Origin: Pseudomonadota bacterium
Lineage (GTDB): Bacteria > Pseudomonadota > Gammaproteobacteria > Burkholderiales > Thiobacillaceae
Reading direction: 5' to 3'
Assembly: GCA_021847385.1 (NCBI GenBank)
Contig: JAJZTV010000001.1
Coordinates: 1 to 34,580 of the forward strand
DNA: 34,580 nucleotides
In this document: positions 20,257-27,847 of the stretch, in pieces
Layout: every line of letters starts with the position of its first letter
Numbering within the stretch: the stretch's first letter is position 1
Translations under genes and position numbers: made by a program
The notes under the pieces: model-generated
Databases searched by the model: none
What the model saw: only the letters and a program-made list of their open reading frames with translations
What the model was told of the DNA's origin: nothing

Positions 20257-20856
20257 TTGCTTAAGCACCCCATCTCCCACGTCGTCGGTTTCGACGACGC
20301 CCCGTTCCAGCGCCGGCATCGCGGCGACGTCCTCATCGTCGGCACCGTTTTTGCCGGCGATCGGCTCGATGGCATTCTGGCCGCCCGGGTCCGGCGCGAT
20401 GGCATTCTGGCCGCCCGGGTCCGGCGCGATGGCATCAACAGCACGGCCCGGTTGGCCGAATGCCTAACCGGCTCCAAATACTTCGCACAGCTGCAAGCCA
20501 TCCTGCTGCAAGGCATCGCCTTCGCCGGCTTCAACGTCGTCGATCTGCAGGCGCTGCACCGCACGACCGGCCTGCCGGTGCTGGCGGTCAGCCGGCATGC
20601 CCCGGACTTGGCCGCCATCCGCAAGGCCTTGCTGGAAAAGGTGCCGGGCGGCGCGCGCAAGTGGCGGCTGATCGAGGCCGCCGGCCCGATGGCGCCGATG
20701 GCGGGGCTGTATTGCCAGCATGTCGGCATCGATGCCGAGAACGCTGCAAGGCTGATCGCTGCCCTGCAAATCCATGGCCGATTGCCCGAGCCGCTGCGGC
20801 TGGCGCACATGATCGCCGGTGGCGTCACCACCGGCGAGAGCCGGCATCGAGCCTGA
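20257..20856 (+). CDS. DUF99 family protein (endonuclease V-like / endonuclease dU)
   Basis: VVGFDDAPF, LLQGIAFAGFNVVDL, TGLPV and GRLPEPLRLAHMIAGG. TTG start. Confidence 0.85.
   Translation: MLKHPISHVVGFDDAPFQRRHRGDVLIVGTVFAGDRLDGILAARVRRDGILAARVRRDGINSTARLAECLTGSKYFAQLQAILLQGIAFAGFNVVDLQALHRTTGLPVLAVSRHAPDLAAIRKALLEKVPGGARKWRLIEAAGPMAPMAGLYCQHVGIDAENAARLIAALQIHGRLPEPLRLAHMIAGGVTTGESRHRA
20367..20435 (+). repeat. Exact 30-bp tandem duplication (2.3 copies) inside DUF99
   Basis: CGATGGCATTCTGGCCGCCCGGGTCCGGCG at 20367-20396 and 20397-20426, then CGATGGCAT. Confidence 0.95.
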
Positions 20857-20857
20857 A

Positions 20858-21574
20858 CTAGGCCAGCAACATCGCCTGCAACTCGGCGGCGTCGTGCACG
20901 GCATAGGCCGCCTCGTCGTTGTCGAAATAAACATAGGCCTCGGCCAGCCGCTGTTCGCGCAACCAGTCCGCCCACTCGGCCAAGGCCTTGCCGCCATAAC
21001 GGCCGCAATAGGCGGCGCCCGGGCCGTGTAGCCGCAGGTAAGTGAAGTCGGCCGTAATTCGCCGCGGGCTCTGCCAGCCAGCCAAATCGTAGATGCAAAA
21101 GGCGGCATTGAATTCAGTAAGCAAATCAAAAACCTGCTCGGTGTGCCAGCTCGCATCGCGCAATTCGAAGGCCACCTGGACAGCGCGCGGCAGTGCCTGG
21201 AGGAATTCCCGCAGGCGACCGGGATTCACCCGCCAATTCGGCGGCAACTGGAATAGCAGCGGCCCCAGCTTATCGCCCAAGCCGGCCACGGCATCGAACA
21301 ACGGCGGCAACGTCAGCTCCGGTTCCTTCAGCTTCTTCATATGGGTGATGAAGCGGCCGGCCTTGACACTGAACCGGAAAGTTCGCGGCGTCGCCTCGCG
21401 CCAGTGGGCAAAGGTCTCCCGGCTAGGCAGCCGGTAGAAACTGCTGTCGATCTCGACGCTGGCGAAATGCCGGGCATAAAAACCGAGCCAGGCCGGCTCC
21501 GGCAGCTCGGCCGGGTAAAAGCGGCCACGCCAATGCGGGTAGACCCAGCCCGAACTACCGATGCGGATTTGCAT
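20858..21574 (-). CDS. DUF72 (YecE-like) TIM-barrel protein
   Basis: IGSSGWVYPHW, VEIDSSFY, LFQLPP, AFELRDASW, YLRLHG and YVYFDND. Confidence 0.92.
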   Translation of the reverse strand: MQIRIGSSGWVYPHWRGRFYPAELPEPAWLGFYARHFASVEIDSSFYRLPSRETFAHWREATPRTFRFSVKAGRFITHMKKLKEPELTLPPLFDAVAGLGDKLGPLLFQLPPNWRVNPGRLREFLQALPRAVQVAFELRDASWHTEQVFDLLTEFNAAFCIYDLAGWQSPRRITADFTYLRLHGPGAAYCGRYGGKALAEWADWLREQRLAEAYVYFDNDEAAYAVHDAAELQAMLLA

Positions 21575-22561
21575 TCACGCCCCTTTGAAGGCGCGCTCCA
21601 GTTCAGCCCGCAACTCTGGCTCGCGCTCACGGTAGATCGGGGAAAAATGAAAAGGCTCGACCGCCTTCGCCCCGGCGGCCCGCGCCAGCCGGCCGGCCTG
21701 GGCCGCGGTGAGGTGTAGCTTGTCGGCCGCCCGCGCCGCAGCTTCGTCGAGAAAAACGCTCTCGATGAACAAGGTGTCGGCAGCGCGCGCGAGATCGACG
21801 ATGCGTTTGGCATTGGCCGTGTTGTACACCACATCGGTGATATAGGCGAGCTTCATGCCGGCCGTTACCTGCACGCAGTCGCGCAGCGCGCCCAGCGCAA
21901 ATGACTGGCCAAGCGGCCCGGCAATTTCACAAGCATCGCCCCACCCCTCCAGCACTGCCTGCTTGAGACCTTGCAACCAAGGACCGACTGGCAGCCCCAA
22001 CTCGGCCAGCTTGGTCTTCCAGATGTTGACGTGTTGCCTTTCTTCCAAGGCAAAACCGAGACAGGGTGTGCCATGGTCGAGCAAGGCGCAACGCACGCGC
22101 AGCCCCGGCTCGTCGAGCAAGATGCCATCTTCGATCCGATACTCGCCCGCCGTCTCGCGGCAAAAGGCCTGGCGCACATGAAACCGCGCCCGGCGCACCC
22201 GGCGGTCATCCACAACCTCGATTGCTTCCAGGGCGAAGTCGTTCTCGTAGCGATGCAACAGATTCCAGGTATAGCCCGATAACTTGGCTTCGACCTTGGC
22301 GATGAAACCGGGCGGGCCGTAGAGCCGCACCGCGCGTTCGCGCCCGAGACAGATGCGCAAGAACCAGTCCAGGCCGATGAAGTGATCCATGTGGCAATGG
22401 CTGACGAAGATGTCGGACACGCGCAAGAGCTTGCGCGGCGGCATCGCGTGGATATCGCCGATGTCGAACATCAGCGCGCGCCGCTCGAACAGAAAATCGA
22501 CGTACAGGCCGGGGTCGCCGAAAGGCTCGTTGATCAGATAAGGATGCAGCGCGCGCCGCAT
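21575..22561 (-). CDS. RNase Z-like metallo-beta-lactamase-fold hydrolase
   Basis: NEPFGDPGLY, FDIGD, SHCHMDH (HxHxDH), LDHG, YITD, FIES, HLTA and FHFSP. ATG overlaps the NUDIX stop (TGATG). Confidence 0.87.
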   Translation of the reverse strand: MRRALHPYLINEPFGDPGLYVDFLFERRALMFDIGDIHAMPPRKLLRVSDIFVSHCHMDHFIGLDWFLRICLGRERAVRLYGPPGFIAKVEAKLSGYTWNLLHRYENDFALEAIEVVDDRRVRRARFHVRQAFCRETAGEYRIEDGILLDEPGLRVRCALLDHGTPCLGFALEERQHVNIWKTKLAELGLPVGPWLQGLKQAVLEGWGDACEIAGPLGQSFALGALRDCVQVTAGMKLAYITDVVYNTANAKRIVDLARAADTLFIESVFLDEAAARAADKLHLTAAQAGRLARAAGAKAVEPFHFSPIYREREPELRAELERAFKGA

Positions 22562-23001
22562 CAGGCGGTCAGCTTGTTTTGCGCCCAGGCCAGAATGGGC
22601 TGCAAACGCGGCGGCAGCAGACGTGCCGCTTCGGCGAAATCGACCCAACGCCATTCGTCGTGCTCGGGCCGACCCAGCTCCGGCGCGACCGGCAGGTAGA
22701 TGTCGGTTTGCTGGGTCTCCGCCAAGTAATAGCGGGCGACCTTGCCACGGCGATAGGGCGCCGTTTCGCAATAAATCTCGCCCCAACGAAAATCGAGATC
22801 GGTGACCGAGGATTCTTCCGCGGTCTCGCGGATGGCGCCGGCCAGAGGCGTTTCGCCTTCTTCCAGCGTGCCCTTGGGGAAATCCCAGTGGTTATAGCAA
22901 CGCAAGATCAAGAGTTGCCAATGCCCGCCTTGCCGACGCGCGACAACGACGCCGGCGGACAAGCGTTTGGGCGGCTGGATGGAGGCCGATTGATTAATCA
23001 T
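22561..23001 (-). CDS. NUDIX hydrolase, Ap4A-hydrolase-like
   Basis: SAGVVV, WDFPKG, Nudix box GTLEEGETPLAGAIRETAEES and EHDEWRW. Confidence 0.88.
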   Translation of the reverse strand: MINQSASIQPPKRLSAGVVVARRQGGHWQLLILRCYNHWDFPKGTLEEGETPLAGAIRETAEESSVTDLDFRWGEIYCETAPYRRGKVARYYLAETQQTDIYLPVAPELGRPEHDEWRWVDFAEAARLLPPRLQPILAWAQNKLTA

Positions 23002-23120
23002 GTTTATAGGATACCAATATCCTCGCCTCGCGCAGGGTTGCAATCGTTGAGAAGTGAACTATCCAACAGACTCTAGCAGGGCGGCGGCGCCGAACCCAAG
23101 TCGCCTTACCCTGTCGAATC

Positions 23121-23142
23121 GTCCATGCCCGCGGGCATGGAC
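23121..23142. other. Perfect 22-bp palindrome upstream of the Spy/CpxP-like gene
   Basis: GTCCATGCCCGCGGGCATGGAC equals its own reverse complement. Confidence 0.8.
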
Positions 23143-23172
23143 CCGATCTAAACCAACGTTGGGAGATCGATC

Positions 23173-23721
23173 ATGTATGCAACTCACACTCTATCCACTT
23201 TTCTCGTCGCCTTGGCCCTGACCGGCCTGCCATCGATGGCGAGCGCCGACCGCGAAGCGCCCTATGGTTGGCCGGGGCCCGGCCACATGGGCTATGGCAT
23301 GGGCCCGGGCATGATGATGGGCCCGGGCATGATGATGGGCCCGGGCATGATGGGCGGTTACGGCATGATGGGCATGGACCCCGGCGTGCTGGGTTATGGC
23401 CAGCTAGGCCCGATCGGCATGCTCGACCTCAAAGACGATCAAATCAAGCAGATATCGAAGATCCAGGATGACCTCGTCAAAAGGCACCGCGACCTGATGC
23501 AAAAGGTGTGGGAACAACAAGACCAGTTGGGCAAGCTCTATTACGCCGAGAAACGCGACGACACCGCCATCAAAAAAGCCTATGCCAAGCTCAACGACCT
23601 GCAAAAAGAGATGCTCGACGCCCGCCTGGACGCCGACAAGCGCATCGAGGCCCTGCTCAGCAAGGAGCAGAAAGAGCAGATGCAACGCGGCTATCGGCGC
23701 TGGGGCATGATGTACCGCTGA
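23173..23721 (+). CDS. Periplasmic Spy/CpxP-like (LTxxQ) protein with Met/Gly-rich N-terminus
   Basis: Signal peptide (ASA-D), (GPGMMM)n tract, LDLKDDQ and LLSKEQK motifs flanking a helical core. GGGAG RBS. Confidence 0.82.
   Translation: MYATHTLSTFLVALALTGLPSMASADREAPYGWPGPGHMGYGMGPGMMMGPGMMMGPGMMGGYGMMGMDPGVLGYGQLGPIGMLDLKDDQIKQISKIQDDLVKRHRDLMQKVWEQQDQLGKLYYAEKRDDTAIKKAYAKLNDLQKEMLDARLDADKRIEALLSKEQKEQMQRGYRRWGMMYR
23299..23352 (+). repeat. Three exact 18-bp tandem repeats (MGPGMM)
   Basis: ATGGGCCCGGGCATGATG at 23299, 23317 and 23335. Confidence 0.95.
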
Positions 23722-23815
23722 TTGCGCCATTCGCGGCACCCGATCTGCGCGGCTGGCGCACAGCCGCGTCTGCGGCAATAATGCCCCCCATCGATTCGAA
23801 TTGAGGTGGGCAAGC

Positions 23816-24475
23816 ATGGCAAGGTTCAACCGCCGCCTGGCGCTCAAAGGGCTCGCACTCGGCAGCCTCGGCCTGGCCGGCATCGGCGGCCTGATCCGCG
23901 GCGTCCTTGCCGCCGGCTTGGAAAGCCGCATTCGCCGCCTGCAAGGCGACGTCCGCTTCAATGGCAAGCCGCTCCAGGTCGGCGACGCGCTCTCGGCCCC
24001 GCTTGAAGTCGTGACCGGCGACCGCGCCTTCGCTGCCTTCAACGTCGGACGCAACGCCTATCTCGTGCGCGGCAACAGCCGCATGACCATTTCCGGGCCG
24101 GCCGAGACCGGCGTGGCGGTCGACGTCGCCGTCGGCCGCATGTTGGCTGTGTTCGAGAAAGGCAAGGCACAAGTGAGCACACCCACGGCCGTGGCCGGCA
24201 TTCGCGGCACCGGCATCTATGTCGAGGCCGAGGCCGAGCGCAGCTACGTCTGCCTGTGCTACGGCTCGGCGGAACTGAGCTCCACGCAAAACACGGCGCT
24301 GAGCGAATCTCTGCAAACCACCCGCCACGATGCGCCGCGCTACATTTCGAGCAGCGGCATCGTGCCGGCGCCGGTCAAGAACCACAGCGACGACGAACTG
24401 TTCCTGCTCGAAAGCCTGGTCGGCCGCACGCCGCCGTTCTCGCCCTGGGACGGCGGCGGCTATCCATCGAGCTGA
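23816..24475 (+). CDS. Tat-signal FecR-like domain protein
   Basis: NRRLALK followed by a hydrophobic stretch; STPTAVAGIRGT FecR-like motif. GAGGTGG RBS. Confidence 0.72.
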   Translation: MARFNRRLALKGLALGSLGLAGIGGLIRGVLAAGLESRIRRLQGDVRFNGKPLQVGDALSAPLEVVTGDRAFAAFNVGRNAYLVRGNSRMTISGPAETGVAVDVAVGRMLAVFEKGKAQVSTPTAVAGIRGTGIYVEAEAERSYVCLCYGSAELSSTQNTALSESLQTTRHDAPRYISSSGIVPAPVKNHSDDELFLLESLVGRTPPFSPWDGGGYPSS

Positions 24476-24508
24476 CGGCACACCGCTTAGCCTGCTAGAA
24501 TACGCCCA

Positions 24509-24600
24509 GCGGCATTCGTTCCAGTCTCCCTGCCGCCGTCTATCGACTCAGCCTTCATACCCCATCTGCCTTAGACTGGCGCCGCACGAGCGGCGGCAGG
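24509..24600 (+). other. Structured 5' leader of rhlE (pseudoknot-like)
   Basis: Crossing helices 24521-27/24573-79 (extended by 24509-13/24581-85) and 24529-38/24591-600, downstream of TAGAAT at 24496-24501. Confidence 0.5.
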
Positions 24601-24625
24601 CCGATACTTTAGTTTTGGAAATCTT

Positions 24626-25999
24626 ATGTCCTTTGCCAGCCTCGGCCTGTCCGAAGCCATTGTCCGCGCCGTCACCGAACGCGGTTACACCACCCCTACG
24701 CCGATCCAGGCCCAGGCCATCCCGGCCGTGCTCTCCGGCGGCGACCTGCTGGCCGGCGCGCAGACCGGCACCGGCAAGACCGCCGGCTTCGTCCTGCCCC
24801 TGCTGCAACGTCTGAGCACCCAGCCTCGACCCGCCGCCGCCCACGGCCGCGCGCCGATCCGCGCCTTGGTGCTCACGCCCACCCGCGAGCTGGCCGCCCA
24901 GGTCGAAGAATCGGTGCGCGAATACGGCAAGCACCTGCACCTGCATTCCATGGTCATGTTCGGCGGCGTCAACATCAACCCGCAGATGCAGAAACTGCGC
25001 GGCCAGGTCGACATCCTGGTCGCCACCCCCGGCCGCCTGCTCGACCACGTGCAGCAGAAGACCGTGGACCTCGCCCACGTCGAGATCCTGGTGCTGGACG
25101 AGGCCGACCGCATGCTGGACATGGGCTTCATCCGCGACATCAAGAAGATCCTCGCACTGCTGCCGAAGAAACGGCAGAACCTGCTGTTCTCGGCCACCTT
25201 CTCCGACGAGATCAAGGCCCTGGCCGACAGCCTGCTCGACCAGCCGGCGCTGATCGAGGTCGCCCGGCGCAACGCCACCGCCGAGACCGTGGCGCAGAAG
25301 GTCTACCCGGTCGACCGCGACAAGAAGCGGCAACTGCTGACCCACCTGATCCAGGAAAAGCAGTGGTTCCAGGTGCTGGTGTTCACCCGCACCAAGCATG
25401 GCGCCAACCGCCTGGCCGAGCAGCTGGCCAAGGACGGCATCAGCGCCATGGCCATCCACGGCAACAAGAGCCAGGCCGCGCGTACCCGGGCCCTGGCCGA
25501 GTTCAAGACCGGCAAGCTGCAAGTGCTGGTCGCCACCGACATCGCGGCGCGCGGCATCGACATCAGCGAGCTGCCGCACGTGGTCAACTACGAGCTGCCT
25601 AACGTGCCGGAGGACTATGTCCACCGCATCGGCCGCACCGGCCGCGCCGGCTGCGAGGGCGAGGCGGTGTCGCTGGTCTGCATCGACGAGCACAAGTTCC
25701 TGGCCGACATCGAGCGCCTGATCAAGCGCAAGCTGCCGCGCGAGGTGGTGCCCGGCTTCGAGCCCGACCCCAACGCCAAACCGGAACCGATCATGCTGCG
25801 CAGCCAGGACCACCAGCAGCGCGGCCGCGGCCGCAGCCAATCGGCGCCCCGCCCTGCCGGCCAGCCCGGCGGCCAGGGCAGCGGCCGGCCCGGCGGCAAG
25901 CCCGCGCTCGGCGGCAATCGCGGCGGCCCGGCAGCCGGCGCGAAACCTGCCGGCCCCAAGCCGGCGGCCATGCACCGCTCCGGCGGCCGCAACCGTTAA
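24626..25999 (+). CDS. rhlE: ATP-dependent DEAD-box RNA helicase RhlE
   Basis: [40 protein letters not shown] and [10 protein letters not shown], with a Gly/Arg-rich tail. Confidence 0.95.
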   Translation: MSFASLGLSEAIVRAVTERGYTTPTPIQAQAIPAVLSGGDLLAGAQTGTGKTAGFVLPLLQRLSTQPRPAAAHGRAPIRALVLTPTRELAAQVEESVREYGKHLHLHSMVMFGGVNINPQMQKLRGQVDILVATPGRLLDHVQQKTVDLAHVEILVLDEADRMLDMGFIRDIKKILALLPKKRQNLLFSATFSDEIKALADSLLDQPALIEVARRNATAETVAQKVYPVDRDKKRQLLTHLIQEKQWFQVLVFTRTKHGANRLAEQLAKDGISAMAIHGNKSQAARTRALAEFKTGKLQVLVATDIAARGIDISELPHVVNYELPNVPEDYVHRIGRTGRAGCEGEAVSLVCIDEHKFLADIERLIKRKLPREVVPGFEPDPNAKPEPIMLRSQDHQQRGRGRSQSAPRPAGQPGGQGSGRPGGKPALGGNRGGPAAGAKPAGPKPAAMHRSGGRNR

Positions 26000-26054
26000 A
26001 CAGCCGGCACGCGCGCCTGGTGCGCACCGTGCCATGGCGGCTATCGCAGAAAAC

Positions 26055-26082
26055 AGCGGCCTTGCCTACGGGCAAGGCCGCT
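26055..26082. terminator. Hairpin between convergent rhlE and EAL-CZB genes
   Basis: AGCGGCCTTGCC-tacg-GGCAAGGCCGCT, a 12-bp stem with a UNCG loop; the flanking A-run gives a U tract on the minus strand. Confidence 0.78.
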
Positions 26083-26110
26083 CTGCACTACTTATCGGAT
26101 TAGCGGGGAA

Positions 26111-27310
26111 TCAGTTCAGGTCGGCCAGATCGGCCAAGATGGGGGCCTTCAAGATCGCTTCGTTCTCCAGGTCCTGCAGGAGTTCCAGCACGATACCGGA
26201 CTGCCTGGTCAATGCGCGCAGGGCCGCCGTGATTTCTTCCCGGCTACCGCCGTTTTGCGCGATAGCGAGCAAGGTCTTGCCCAAATCGTGTAGCACGCGG
26301 TGCGGCTCCTCAAGCTGATCGAAGGCCGCGATCCCTTTGAATTCCTGGCCGACGCCGTAATACCACTCGCCCAATTTGCAATGATGATGGTCCATCTGCG
26401 CCAAGACCTCGCGGACGCCGACCGTGCGATTCTTGCCGAAACTGAGCGCCATGACTTGGCCGATCAGGGCCTTGCGCCATTGAATGTGATCGAGTTGCGC
26501 CATGTGGATCAGGCCGATCGGCATGGCCGACCAGCGCTGGTCGCGGCGGATGAACGCCAGCAGATCCTGCAAGGGCATGGGCCTGCCGAGCCAGAAACCC
26601 TGCGCTTGAGTACAACCCGAGTGGAGCAAGAATTCGTAGGTTGTGGCCGCCTCGATCCCCTCCGCGACGATGCTAATGCCCAATTGATGCGCCATGCGGA
26701 TACTGGCCTGGACGATGGTGGTGCTCTTTTCCGAGTCGGCCATACGCCGAATCAGGCCTTGGTCGATCTTCACGACCGAGAACGGCCAACGGCTCAGGGT
26801 ATCGATCGAGGAATAACCGATGCCGTAATCGTCCATCGCCAGCTTGACGCCGAGCCTGACCAGCTCGTGCACATTGTCGTGCACCAAGGTATCGGTGCTG
26901 CTGATGAGCGAATCCTCGGTGATCTCGACCTGCAGACATGCCGCATCGATCTTGCTGCTCTGGATGGCCTCACGGATCAGGCCCACCATCTCGGTCGACG
27001 CGATATCCTGCGCCGACAGGTTGAAGGAAACGGTGATCTCATCGCTGAGATCGTTGATGATGACCATGTCCTCGATCAACCTAGGGAACATGGCACGGCT
27101 GATCGTCGTGATGAAGCCCATGGCCTCGGCAAACGGGATGAAGTCCTTCGGCAAGACCATGCTGCCATCCGGCTTCATCCACCGAATCAGCGCCTCGACA
27201 CCGCTGACCCTACCGTTGATGAGCGACACCTTGGGCTGATAGAAATACACCAGCTCGCCACCGGCCAATCCTCGTTCCAACTCGGCTAAGGTGATGAGGC
27301 GCGTATCCAT
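26111..27310 (-). CDS. EAL phosphodiesterase with C-terminal CZB (chemoreceptor zinc-binding) domain
   Basis: YQPK, EALIRW, NLS, EITE, DDYGIGYSS, KID, AEGIE and QGF, then DHIQW, HHHCKLGEWYY and HRVLH. Confidence 0.87.
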   Translation of the reverse strand: MDTRLITLAELERGLAGGELVYFYQPKVSLINGRVSGVEALIRWMKPDGSMVLPKDFIPFAEAMGFITTISRAMFPRLIEDMVIINDLSDEITVSFNLSAQDIASTEMVGLIREAIQSSKIDAACLQVEITEDSLISSTDTLVHDNVHELVRLGVKLAMDDYGIGYSSIDTLSRWPFSVVKIDQGLIRRMADSEKSTTIVQASIRMAHQLGISIVAEGIEAATTYEFLLHSGCTQAQGFWLGRPMPLQDLLAFIRRDQRWSAMPIGLIHMAQLDHIQWRKALIGQVMALSFGKNRTVGVREVLAQMDHHHCKLGEWYYGVGQEFKGIAAFDQLEEPHRVLHDLGKTLLAIAQNGGSREEITAALRALTRQSGIVLELLQDLENEAILKAPILADLADLN

Positions 27311-27560
27311 GCCTAGCCGGCCAGCGCCAGTCGCTTGCAGCCACAGCAAACGGCATGGTGCGCCATGACCGACGCTTGCGACAGCGCACACGCAATTTCG
27401 AACATCTTCATCCCCTGCAAATTTAATACATTGTTATCTTTTTTAATCCCTCCCGGCAATAGCCAATTCTGCATATCCGGCCCTGCCACCCGGCCGATCC
27501 AGCGCCGTGGCCTCACGGCCACAGCCGGCCTATCCGCGCGCAATCGACGGTGCAGGCCTA

Positions 27561-27588
27561 TTGCATCGGCCCGCCATCGGCCTATACT
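27561..27588 (+). promoter_or_regulatory. Sigma70-like promoter candidate for the small ORF at 27617
   Basis: TTGCAT-N16-TATACT. Confidence 0.4.
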
Positions 27589-27616
27589 TGCGTATCTCAT
27601 TGAAAGAGAACGGGAA

Positions 27617-27847
27617 ATGCAAGCGAACAACCTGATCAAATACGGTTACCGCATTCGCACCCGTAGCGGGGTCACGGTGGACAACCTCGTCATTCAGGGC
27701 CGCGACGAATCCGAGGCACAGCAAAAACTCATGCGCATGTACCCCGGCTGCACGGTGATCGAAACGCGCCACATCCGCCCCGCGGTGAACACCAATATCT
27801 GCTCCAGCTTCGAGGATGTCGTCGATGTCCTCGCCGCCGACCACTAA
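27617..27847 (+). CDS. Small hypothetical protein (76 aa)
   Basis: 3' part of ORF 27335..27847 from ATG 27617: KYGYRIRTRSGVTVDNLVIQGRDESEAQQKLMRMYPGC. Typical codon usage; stop overlaps the parA stop. Confidence 0.7.
   Translation: MQANNLIKYGYRIRTRSGVTVDNLVIQGRDESEAQQKLMRMYPGCTVIETRHIRPAVNTNICSSFEDVVDVLAADH

Noticed and set aside
22562-22786. Possible NUDIX-RNase Z fusion or extended RNase Z N-terminus
   Set aside because: The two genes are in different frames and joined by a standard TGATG coupling.
23299-23352. Tandem repeats here and at 20367-20435 as a possible CRISPR array
   Set aside because: No spacers, in-frame coding, and no cas genes in the window.
24548-26035. 495-aa minus-strand ORF (likewise 17493..18782, 26300..27289 and 28748..30028)
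   Set aside because: Each is an antisense shadow of a well-supported gene (rhlE, the two EAL genes, tcdA).
27311-27616. c-di-GMP riboswitch or sigma54 promoter near the EAL-CZB gene (also checked 28615-28903 and 14318-14571)
   Set aside because: No riboswitch core recognised by eye; the GG..GC spacings found were 9, 12 or 13 rather than 10. An Infernal/Rfam scan would be decisive.
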